DNA from: Takakia lepidozioides
Taxonomy: Eukaryota; Plantae; Bryophyta
Reading direction: 5' to 3'
Length of the DNA: 64,000 nucleotides
NCBI GenBank assembly: GCA_030704615.1
Contig: CM060732.1
Location: 71,548,001 to 71,612,000, forward strand
Shown: positions 39,281 to 49,620 of the stretch, one piece after another
Layout of the letters: the number at the start of each line of letters is the position of its first letter
Position numbering within the stretch: the first letter of the stretch is position 1
The notes under the pieces: generated by a model
What the model was told of the DNA's origin: nothing
Seen by the model: the letters and a program-made list of their open reading frames with translations, nothing else
Database searches by the model: none
Position numbers and translations under genes: made by a program

Positions 39281-42200
39281 GTCTGCTGTAGACCAGTCCG
39301 CTGGCAGTCCGCTCAAGCAGTCCGGTGGTAGTCTGCTGGCACTCCGCTCATAGAGTCCGCTAGAACAGCCTGACGGACAAGTCCAATGTGAAGTCCTCCT
39401 GGTAAGTCAAGTGGGTCAGCCGTCCTGGTAAGTGGAGTGCATTGTATTGTCCACCCTGCGGCAGCAAAGGCTTTCCGTCCTGTGAATGACAATAACAAAG
39501 AAACGGGATTTCGTGGAGGCCTGAAAAACGCGGCTTAGAATTTTAAGGAGGACTACGAAAGGGTGTGTGCCCCTACACCTGTAGCACATATATACTCCAC
39601 AATTTGCAAGGTTTCAGATCGTTTCTCTGGCACAAAAAAGACAGTATAATGCAGAAATTCCTATGCTATCATTATGCCTTGTGAAATAAAAGTCCTCTAG
39701 TCTACTGGCATGCGATGTCCACTGATTCATGGACAGACCAGATCCATTCCATTCCATGTACATTAAGTCCACTCATACGGAACTACACAGTGGACCCAGG
39801 ACACCCACAACAGACTAAGTCTCCCAGCTGATTCTTCGCCATAAGACTCTGAACAAACTCTTAGCAGACTCGTGCGCAGAATATCCTAGTAGACTTTAGC
39901 ACAGACTATCCCAGTAGACTCATGCACAGACTGAGTCTCCTAGCAGACTCCCCCACAGTGTCCTTATACCAGACTCATTAAGTCTCACAAGGGTCAACTG
40001 AACAGACTGCCTACACCAGCAGACTTCTGAACACACCAAGTCCACAAGCACTTTGCCGAAAGGACTTATGGAGTCCGGCGGACTGACGATCAGACTACGT
40101 GGACCAACAGACGGGTCTGTACGTTTTCCGCTAGACTCCTGAAGTGTAGATGTCGACCAGCAGACTCTTTGACAGTCTTCATGTATTCTATCAGTCTGTC
40201 AGACTGTCCACCGTCATAATGAGACTGTATGCTCACATGTGAATATACTCAGGCAGTCTGCTGACTATCTGGCAGTCTACTGAGTCTTTGAAACAACGGC
40301 AGTCTACGGACTCTCGCCAGTCTATTGACTGCCGACAGTCTGCTGACCACTGGACTCCCATGGTATGTTCAACAGACGAATGAGACATCGGGCATCGATG
40401 ATTGTCTATGGTCGAGCAGTGTATGGGTAAGACGCCTAACAACATACACTATATTGGTCACAAGTATACAAGCACAAGTCCACAATTGCGCAGAAGCAAA
40501 CCGATGAATACGTCCAAAATTGTACTCATCATTCACCAAAGGCATCATCATTTTTTATTTCGTTACAATTGCTGGGAAGCATACGTATATGAGAAAGGCC
40601 TCCTATGGTGTGCCTCCTATCATTCCCAAAACTGCGCTCTCAGCAGTGCCGAAAGCATTGCAGATGTACTTAGCATACTGCAGGCGTTGCCCAAGTGCAA
40701 ACTTGAAAGTAAACCAAGTAGGCGTGAAAGACACTCCTCTCTCTGGCTTTTTAGGAGAGGTACGCTTCCTCAACCGACTTCTCATAGAAGCGACACCACA
40801 TCTCCAGCAATCTACATGTGCACTCAGACTCAACCTTCTCAAGTGCCTTTATGTCTTTCGGGTCCAAGTGGCACTGATACCGGGAGTCGCCTTCATTAAA
40901 CTTAATCATGCTATTGCCGACCGTCACATGTCGAGACATGAGTGCCCTGAATTGAGAACCCATTTTGCACACAGCACACGACCTTCAGCAGACTGTCGAG
41001 GTGGAGCAGAGTGCGAGTGAGCAGACTCATAAAGCATAAAAGAAGACTGAGTAGCAGACTCAGCACACGCATGAACAAGATCAGCATACAAACCAGCGGA
41101 CTCAGCCGACTCAACAGACTCTAACGACTGAGCAGAGCCACTGTACTTACTTGTGCATCTGTAGTAGAAAAGCCACTTCCTTGTCCGTCTCGAATGCCAA
41201 TTTCCGGTCCTTGTTCATGAACACTTGGGACTTACTACCTTTCTTTGCTGGTTTCTTTGTAGCACGTCCCTCACCAACTTCCTTAGTCTACTGGACGACA
41301 GTCCGCTTCTTTGCTTTCCCCTTACCCTGGGATGGAGCCACTGATGTGCCTGGGTTGGATTCACCAGACTGACGAAGTGATGCGGTCGTGCTTCGCAACA
41401 CAACAGTGTCTGCAGGTTTGTTCACACTTGCATGACCTGTCTTGGCAGCTTTGCGGGTCACATGCGTTGAACTGATCCGTGCATCTGGCGGGGTGCTCAG
41501 AAGCAGATCTCTTGTGGTTCTAGAACTAGCGTTCACAACATGGGTGGGATGTGGAATGTCTTGGGAGGGGAAGGGAGTCTCAAGCTCGTTGCCTCCAATA
41601 CCCTGTTGGGACAGCAGACAACTGTCAATTCTGTGAAACAGTGAAGATGCAAAAAAATGAAATAACAGACGCGAATGAGGGCAGGGCACAACCTTCACCG
41701 CCTCATTCGAAACAAGCACATGGGCAGACTGCTCCCCTGGTTGAACACCCAAGGCTGGGACTGGTATGGGCAGAGGTGCTGTGTGTGTGTGTGTGTGAGG
41801 CATGTTGGCAGTCAGTCTATCCATGCTCAGTTTGCTGTTCAGTCTCCTTGTCTGCCTGGCCAGTCTGCTCAGTCTGTTCCTTGGTCTTGACAGTCTGCTG
41901 TTCCTCGGTGTGGACAGTTCCGGCAGTCTGCTCTTCCTCGGTCTGGACAGTCTGCTGTTATGGCAAGTGGACAGTCTGCTCTTCCTCGGTCTGGATAGTT
42001 TGTTGTTCCGGCATGTGGACAGTCTGCTCTTTTTTTATTTTTTTTCATATGATACTGGGTTAGGGTGTTTGCTTTTCTTTATGGTGCTGGGTTTGGATTG
42101 GCGGTTTTGGTTGTGGGTCTTGGGGTTAAAAGGATAAACGGTGTAATTAGGATTCACCTACCTAAAATGTGGTTCAATCTGATAATTGCAAAGCGCTAGG

Positions 42201-43105
42201 TCTCAACAATTTTTTCCATGATGTGGGCATCCCGAAGATAGAACGTGAGGAAGGATTTATTGTCTTGGGCTCTAGCACCATAGGGATGCTCCGCCTTTGG
42301 TTACCAATTTTGAAAGCCCCGAGGCTGAGGCATAGGGTGTTTTTGCCAACGGTTTTTGAGAAATGAAAGTGTTGGTGGTGTGTGTTAATTAGGATGCGAT
42401 GGTGAGGAAACATCGATCCGTCTCCCTCGAGGATGAGGAGGTAGTACCACAAATCGATTGTGGCCCTAGAGCGACCATTTTTCGTGGCGAGGAGCCACCC
42501 ATTGCACCTGATCCAATACAGGCTGCCGGGCACAATCGTAGAAGGGACCGGGGCCAAATTTCAGGTGATGCGGAGGATGTTGACACTCCGGGATTGAGTC
42601 GGGTGCACCGCAGATTGCCCCCTCGCGGGCCACCCCGTCCAACCACGTCCACCTTTGACCCCCCTGAAAGGATTGAGTGTTGGTGCACTAAGTATTGGGA
42701 ACGGATACCGCCGGACAGCACCAGACCACCGAGGCGGCGACCGCATGTTGTCGAAAAACATTACAAGAAGAACAAGATTACGGATGCGGCAAAGGTGAGT
42801 GTTTTTTCCACCCCTCTCATTAACATTCATTTAAGGTACATTTAGGTTTATCTAATAATATAGTATGATTGGTAAGCATACATGAATCAAAATTACGATA
42901 TAAGTATTGATGCGTCGTTCACTACGCATATTGCATCCACGACTTGATGCCCAAGCTCGCAATCACATTGCACATGAGGCATTTCGCGCCGGTCTACTTG
43001 CAAAATTTGTGCCAGAGCATGTGCCCGATGTGACCAGTTGGTTCCCCCAGCAGCACGTAGATGAGATGCGTAGGGTCGAGGGGTATCGGAGGTGTCATAG
43101 GCATT

Positions 43106-43993
43106 ATGGCCGGCGACGAGCAGCCCCCCCCTCCAGTTTCCTCAGGCGGTCCCCCTGATTGTGGCCTCCCCCCCCCCCCCCCCCCGTCTGTTTCTTTGCC
43201 TGATCCGGACGTTGTACCCCCGGCTGCACCTCCGACATTACATCCTCAATCACCTCCACTTTCATCTCCTCCGCCAGCAGTACCACCTCCACCTCCACCT
43301 CCACGTGCATGTGCCCCTCGAACCCCTAGGAGGGGTCGGCTTCGCCCTAGGTTTCCTCCCCTTCGGCTTGGGCGGCCTGAGCCGAATCCTCGCCCCCGAT
43401 GGGAAGCGCATAGGACTATGTTATTGAGGACCGTCCAACCTCGTTGTTAGGGGAATCATCTCGACCCTCCCACCCCCATCCGAGAAAATGTGGAGTTCGA
43501 GTATTGGGGGAGACGGTATGTTGTGAGAGCCGCTACAGACCCTGCTATGGGTCGGGGTTTATTCACGGTCAATGATATTGTGGTTCCTCCTCGGAGAAAC
43601 AACATGGTGGACTTGTTTCTCTACTACGGTCCATACTATACCTCCGCGGAGTTCCGTACATTACGCCTCGAAGCCCCATACATCCTACCCTACATTTTGT
43701 GTGTCAACGGACAGGATGTACGTAGACGGGGGTTGTCTCCCATTGAAATCAGATTTTGTGATGGTGACCCCGACATCTTCGACAATGTTGCTGGGCTAGT
43801 CAATAGTTCTTTTGGTCATCCTAGGAGAACCAATGTAGTATGGGACGAGCGAAGCGATGGGCATGAGAGCTTTTGTGGTCATACGTCAATATACTGTGAG
43901 AGGATGCACATGTTTGTGATGATATGTGCTAGTAGGACTATTAGGGCTGGTAGCGAACTATTTGCATCATACGAGTTTTCCCGGGATGATTGA
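43106..43993 (+). pseudogene. SET-domain (protein lysine methyltransferase-like) gene with Pro-rich N-terminus and one in-frame TAG at 43448
   Basis: MAGDEQPPPP...RC*GNHL... is in frame with ORF 43490-43993, which has MGRGLF (motif I), YYGPY, DGD...NVAGLVNSS (RFxNHS-like) and ASRTIRAGSELFASY (ELxxxY). Confidence 0.72.
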
Positions 43994-44251
43994 GACCTCC
44001 GAATACAGCGTGAGTGGGATGTGTATGATAGAAATAGGGTTCCTTTGAGACAGGGATCGCGTAGAGGGGCATTGTAGATATTCTCATGATGTACTTTGTA
44101 TACATCCGATTAATCGATTGATGTAAAAAAATTTCTTTGTTGCTCGTGTGGGTTGCAACTTTGCATATGTGATCTAAACATACTTGTGCACATGTGGACC
44201 AAATATGAGCTTGAACCAAGTTGATTCAATGGGTCATTCTAGTGTTGAACG

Positions 44252-44947
44252 TGTCGTGCGCATACATATCGCTACACAACTACATCGCTGTCCAAAACCA
44301 CACAACACATGTGCACACCACACACTAGTATACCACTAGTCCACCACTAGTCCAGCCACTAGTCCAACCACTAGGCTACAACTAGTCAGTCACTAGGCTG
44401 CCACTATGCTGCCCACTATGGCAGTCACTAGTCCACACAATGATAAAGAAGAAGAATACAAGCACAAGCTCATGCGAGCTCACAAAGCTGAAGCATAAAC
44501 TCATGCATATATAACCTCATCACTCAAATACAAGTCAAGCCAAGTGCACCCCACGCCATGGGGAATCCACACTATGGCGCCATAGCTAGGCGCGGTGAGG
44601 CTCAACTCGAGAAAGATGAGCCTCCCGCGCTTGCCGTGAAGATAACCACTCCAGGGCCTAAATCTGCCTGGACCCCTGGATTGACACTTGGGCCAATCCC
44701 AAATGTCAATATGTAAAAGCTAGCTGTTTCCTAGCTAGTTTCACACTAGTGGTAAAATAACTTGACAGCTGTCGTGCGCATACATATCGCTACACAACTA
44801 CATCGCTGTCCAAAACCACACAACACATGTGCACACCACACACTAGTATACCACTAGTCCACCACTAGTCCAACCACTAGGCTACAACTAGTCAGTCACT
44901 AGGCTGCCACTATGCTGCCCACTATGGCAGTCACTAGTCCACACAAT
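44252..44947 (-). repeat. 3' repeat block Y-gc-X-Y (sense order)
   Basis: 44252-44441 matches 44770-44947 apart from one 11-bp indel in a CCACTAGT microrepeat. 44441-44767 matches 55480-55806 (327 bp, 3 substitutions seen). Sense polypurine tract AGGGGGGCG at 44956-44948. Confidence 0.95.
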
Positions 44948-45205
44948 CGCCCCCCTAGCTGGTGCTTAGGTCCCTCTAAGTCTAGGTAGCCACACGATGT
45001 GATAGTGACCATAGCCTCACTAAGTCCTCCACCACTATCCCTACTACACTCAAACTCGATAGATCAAGAGGCCGGGTGCAAGAGTTGCCCCATCGTTAGT
45101 CGCCGTCTTGCAACCTGTGAACTTGAGCTTGGGATCTCATGTATTGACTCCTATGAGCTTGGCCTCCCATGTCTTGTTAGCTGCCTCCAGTCATGTCCAC
45201 TGCCA

Positions 45206-48200
45206 CTATCCCAAGCAGTGTGGACACAACCAATCTCTGTCAGGAACCTTCTCAAGAGGTGGTGTCACGCATCCCATATGCCAACCCCTTGAACATCGAT
45301 CACACACCAGCATGGTGGCTGCCCCTTTGGCAGACCCACAGAGCATGCACCTCAAACCTGCAGGTACCACTGCCAAGTTTGGGTCAACTCTGCCATCGAC
45401 ATTGGGAAGGTGACATGGCGCACAATTACGCACATGGTCCTTCCAAGTCATGCCATCCCGACCCTCCAAGATCAGGACCCCTGAGGGCAACACCTCTCGA
45501 ACCCTCATAATAACACGCCCTGCAGTAACATCCAGAGTCGTAAGAGCAGTCTGCTGCAAATAAACATAGTCACCAGGGCTAAACCTCCGAACCCCAGGAC
45601 GATATCCTCCACCACGTATAGTGGCATACCTCAACGTATCACGGTGCTGTGCAATGGCAAGGTTCTCAAAAGCCATGGGCATGACTTTCTTGAACAACTC
45701 TGCACGCTGATTACATGCACGTACCCACACGTCCGGATCGTCAAGGTTAAGGACTTGAGCAGTGTCCCTACGAATGGCTGCAGGCAAATCCGGCTCTCGG
45801 CCAAAGAGAAGGAAATATGGTGAGAAGGAGGCAAGTGATGCTTGTTTGCTGAACCTGTAGCCCATGGCTAACCAAGGAACCTGAAGATCCCAATCTCCTA
45901 GGTGTCCCTTCTGCAAGCCATACTTGCGCAAACCCCTCTTCACCGTCTGAACAACTCTCTCTGCTAAGCCATCGGCCTCAGGATGATCCCGAGAAGTGGT
46001 GCGGTGGTCTATCAAGGCTTTATCACACAAAGCCTGAAACTCCCCCAAGAACTCTCTCCTTTGGTCCGTGAGTACCTCAGCTGGAGCACCAAATCGGCTA
46101 AGCACACGATCCAAGAATGCATACGCAGCCCCCTCACTAGCCTTGTCAGGCAATGGAACCAACTCAATCCACTTGGAGAAGTGCTCCACCATCACCAACA
46201 CATATCTGTGGTGGCGCATAGTCAGTAGCAACGGTCCTGCGAAGTCAAGACTCCACCTGTAGCCCAATCCCATGATTGGTAAAGGATGCAACTGTGGTGT
46301 AGGGGCGTTGAATGAAGCACGCACCCTGTCACACACCATGCACCTAGCCACGAACTGTTGCACCTCTGTATGCATACCACGCCACCAATACTGCCCCTGC
46401 AGTAAACTGTGAGTGCGTCGCACTCCAAAATGCCCCAACTCCTCATGGGCATGCCGCACTAACCGTGCACGCTGTGTGGGGTGAGGCACAATCCTTACCC
46501 GACCATCCTCCCACACTCGAAGTAGGTGTATCCCCTCCCACTTGAACCTCTTGGCTCGTTGCAGGATCCGATCCCTCTCCCTGGCAGTCACAATGGCTGC
46601 TGTGTCTCCCGTGCGGAGGTAGTCCAACACAGCCGAATCCTCATCATCACTAGCCTCAGGGTCCTCAGACACTCCATCTACAGTCATCCCTGTTGTAGGT
46701 CCAATCTGACCTCCCGATGCCAAGATACACAAAAATGCAGATGCGTGCCATCCCGGCACCATCTCCTCGTCCGTCTCACCATGCCACCGAGCTCCAGTGT
46801 CATCCTGCTGGCTCATGCATGGATTGCGACTCAATCCATCCGCATCCCGATTGACCAAACCCGGTCGATGCACAACCTGAAAGTCATACTCCTGGAGTAT
46901 AAGTGCCCACCGTGCAAGCTTCCCCGTAAGCTTGTCTGACTCCATCAACCACTTGAGTGGCTGGTGATCCGTGACAAGGGTGAAAAGATTGCCGTATAGA
47001 TAGCACCTGAAGTGTGCCACGGCCCACACTGCAGCTAAGCACTCTCCCTCATATGAGCTGTACTTAGCCTCTGCAGCGTTGTTCGAGCGGCTAGCGTAAG
47101 CCACTACGAACTCTCTTCCCTCATCATCCACCTGTGTGAGTACCGCTCCAAGCCCCAGCATGCTCCAATCCGTATGCAGCTGAAAGGGACGCCCCCTGAT
47201 AGGTCGTCTCAAGATAGGCGCCGAGGTCAACCTCGCCTTGAGCTCTTGAAAAGCTCGTTCCTGCTCATCTTCCCACTGCCACTCCTGGTCCACCTTGGTC
47301 AGCTTGGTTAGAGCCTTTGCAATGGTACTAAATCCCTTGACAAACCGTCTATAATAGTTTGCCAACCCCATGAAAGCTCGAACTCGGCTCACATCCGTGG
47401 GGCGTGGAATTTGTGCAATGGCCTCTACCTTAGTCTGCTGTACCCCCAATCCTCCAGGATATATCATGTGACCCAGATACTCAATCTGGTTGTGGAAAAA
47501 CTTGCACTTCCCCGGATGCAACTTCAATCCGTGCGCTCTCAAGCGCTCCAATACCACCTGAAGGTGTCTCTCATGCTCCTCCATCGTAACACTAAAGATG
47601 ATGATGTCATCTATGTAGCACCGAGCAAAGTCCACCCCTGCTAGAATCTTATCCATGACTCTCTGAAACTCTGCAGGAGCATTCTTAAGCCCAAATGGTA
47701 AGAACCGCCACTGATATAGGCAATCCTTGCCGTGCTCATTGATCCCCCAGAATGCCGTCTTCTGCTTGTCCGCCTCCTTGATTGGCAACTGGTGATATCC
47801 GGATCGTAAATCCAAAGTGCTAAAGGCCTTAGCATGCCCGATGGCATCAAAGATCTCCTCTGGTGTTGGCATGGCATACTTATCGGACTTGGTCTGACGA
47901 TTTACAGGCCGGTAATCACCGCACATACGTCTCTTCGTCCAATTGCCATAGACATCCTTCTTGGCTGGCATCACTGTGGCTGAAGCATACTCTCCACCAG
48001 AGAGCTCCACCAAACCTGCCTCCCAGAGATCTTGAGTCCTCATCTGAATCAAAGACCTCTCCATGTCAATGTATCTATAGGGTCTCCGAAAGATTGGCGT
48101 GTCAGTGGCCAACTCAATACGGATCTCTTGACCCTTCAGTGCTCCCAAGTCCTTCAAACTGAAGGCAAAGCAATTCCTGTAAGCCCTCAGGAACCGCCGT

Positions 48201-48316
48201 ATACGTCGTCTCTCTCCTCCGGTGACAATGGGTCCAATGTCAGGCTCCCAATTGTCCTCCGTAACTGCAACCTTAAGTCCAGTGGGCTTAGAGGTAGAGG
48301 ACGCGTCCAGTGGTTG
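45206..48316 (-). CDS. Pol: reverse transcriptase, RNase H, integrase, PHD finger (uninterrupted frame)
   Basis: RMCGDYRPVN, LDLRSGYHQ, LPFGLKNAP, YIDD; LHTDWS...YEGECLA...TDHQPL; HEELGH...CMVC, WSLDFAG, LTDQ, DGLAER; C-terminal CMLC...LVCDRC...WHMGC...WLCPHC (C4HC3). The frame is open from the codon after TAG 48319-48317. Confidence 0.96.
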   Translation of the reverse strand, partial: QPLDASSTSKPTGLKVAVTEDNWEPDIGPIVTGGERRRIRRFLRAYRNCFAFSLKDLGALKGQEIRIELATDTPIFRRPYRYIDMERSLIQMRTQDLWEAGLVELSGGEYASATVMPAKKDVYGNWTKRRMCGDYRPVNRQTKSDKYAMPTPEEIFDAIGHAKAFSTLDLRSGYHQLPIKEADKQKTAFWGINEHGKDCLYQWRFLPFGLKNAPAEFQRVMDKILAGVDFARCYIDDIIIFSVTMEEHERHLQVVLERLRAHGLKLHPGKCKFFHNQIEYLGHMIYPGGLGVQQTKVEAIAQIPRPTDVSRVRAFMGLANYYRRFVKGFSTIAKALTKLTKVDQEWQWEDEQERAFQELKARLTSAPILRRPIRGRPFQLHTDWSMLGLGAVLTQVDDEGREFVVAYASRSNNAAEAKYSSYEGECLAAVWAVAHFRCYLYGNLFTLVTDHQPLKWLMESDKLTGKLARWALILQEYDFQVVHRPGLVNRDADGLSRNPCMSQQDDTGARWHGETDEEMVPGWHASAFLCILASGGQIGPTTGMTVDGVSEDPEASDDEDSAVLDYLRTGDTAAIVTARERDRILQRAKRFKWEGIHLLRVWEDGRVRIVPHPTQRARLVRHAHEELGHFGVRRTHSLLQGQYWWRGMHTEVQQFVARCMVCDRVRASFNAPTPQLHPLPIMGLGYRWSLDFAGPLLLTMRHHRYVLVMVEHFSKWIELVPLPDKASEGAAYAFLDRVLSRFGAPAEVLTDQRREFLGEFQALCDKALIDHRTTSRDHPEADGLAERVVQTVKRGLRKYGLQKGHLGDWDLQVPWLAMGYRFSKQASLASFSPYFLLFGREPDLPAAIRRDTAQVLNLDDPDVWVRACNQRAELFKKVMPMAFENLAIAQHRDTLRYATIRGGGYRPGVRRFSPGDYVYLQQTALTTLDVTAGRVIMRVREVLPSGVLILEGRDGMTWKDHVRNCAPCHLPNVDGRVDPNLAVVPAGLRCMLCGSAKGAATMLVCDRCSRGWHMGCVTPPLEKVPDRDWLCPHCLG

Positions 48317-49620
48317 CTATGTTGCAACCTCTTGAGCAGTACTCCCTGCCTGCTCAGTCAATGACAAGGCCTCATCCTGCCCCATCATCTCATCCTTGAG
48401 GACCTCCTCAACCCGAGAAGAATCCCCAACCTCATCCATCACAGCCGCCTTGGCTGCCAACTCCCTCTGAACCTCGAGCACCTCCCACGTGTGCCATGGA
48501 TGCATGCACCCCGTGGTCCTCACATGCTCGCCCCCACTCACTGCCTGTACCGTCTCGGTAGGCAGAGAGACCATTGAGGGAAGTGTACTCCGCACTCTGC
48601 GTTGCTCAGCCAGAGCCAAGCTGATAATCCAGGTCAAGCAATTGAGATCCATTGCTTGCCCCAACACTTGACGACGTGATGCCTCAGAAAGAGACGACAC
48701 CGCCGTGGTACCAGTGGTAAAACCCATTGCCCGCTCACGCTCGTCAGCATTAGGCTCCACTAACTGCTGCAACTGAGCATCCCACAGGAGGCCAGGTCCA
48801 CTATCCCGGAAAGCATGCGATCCTGGGAAGCTGAGCAGTGTAGGTAATGCTGCTCGTGGTTGACCCACCTTGTTGACCACTGCCAAAGGCGAACGGTCAT
48901 CGTGTCTCACACGTTGAGACTGCCTCCCTGTGTCCAGAATGTTATCCACTGTGAGATGTGCTGGCCGCTGCACCCCATCAAATGCACGCTTGAGCAGTGC
49001 GGGTGGCATCAAGTTAGTCCACCATAGCCGTGGACGATGAGCCCGTGACCCCACTGTAGCTGCATCTAGCAACACTGCTGACCCAAGCCACGACCGGACT
49101 TGATGCACACTGGCCATCACCCTGGCCCAAGAATCGCCCATCAGTGGCACATTCTCCAAGATGTATGCTGGAGATACAGCTTGATGAAGCTGCAAGTGGC
49201 GCAAAACCCGCACCATCTCCCAAAACAGACCCGACCTCGAGTCTCGCAATCCATTGCCATGCCCGGCTGATGAATGCCCTTGGCAGGGCCAACCTGCCAC
49301 TACCAGATCAATGGAGCCAACCCGCTCCAAATCCTGCGCCCCCAGCAACGAAATGTCTCCTGGCAAGGCCTGCTGATATCCACGAATTGCAGACACCGAC
49401 AACAACTCAGGGTATCGCTGCACCAACTGAGCAACATGGCGAAGTGAAACGCGTCATGCAGTCTCATCCCTCTCCACATACAGGTAACGCCGAACTCGTA
49501 AACCTGCTTGTAACACAGCAGCCAATCCGGTGCTGATCCCGCCAAACAAGTCCAGAAGACAAATGCCTTCATCCGGATACTGCCACACAATAGGTGTGGT
49601 GTCCAATGGAGACAATTGAG
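48317..49620 (-). CDS. C5-cytosine DNA methyltransferase domain, DNMT3-like, within the polyprotein (one premature TGA at 49454)
   Basis: Motif I LLDLFGGISTGL, II YLYVE, IV DLVVAGWPCQ, SGLFWE, VI YILENV, VIII AHRPRLWWTN, IX ERERAMGF, X RRQVLGQAM, in canonical DNMT3 order. Confidence 0.93.

Noticed and set aside
44252-44767. Solo LTR or separate tandem insertion next to a normal element
   Set aside because: There is no TSD around this block alone (AACG on the left, GCTG on the right), and the 5' end of the element lacks Y. Only the whole 44252-55806 unit has a matching TSD.
48317-49620. Host DNMT3/DRM gene
   Set aside because: Intronless, in frame with pol, inside the TSD-bounded element, and lacking the DRM motif permutation and UBA domains.
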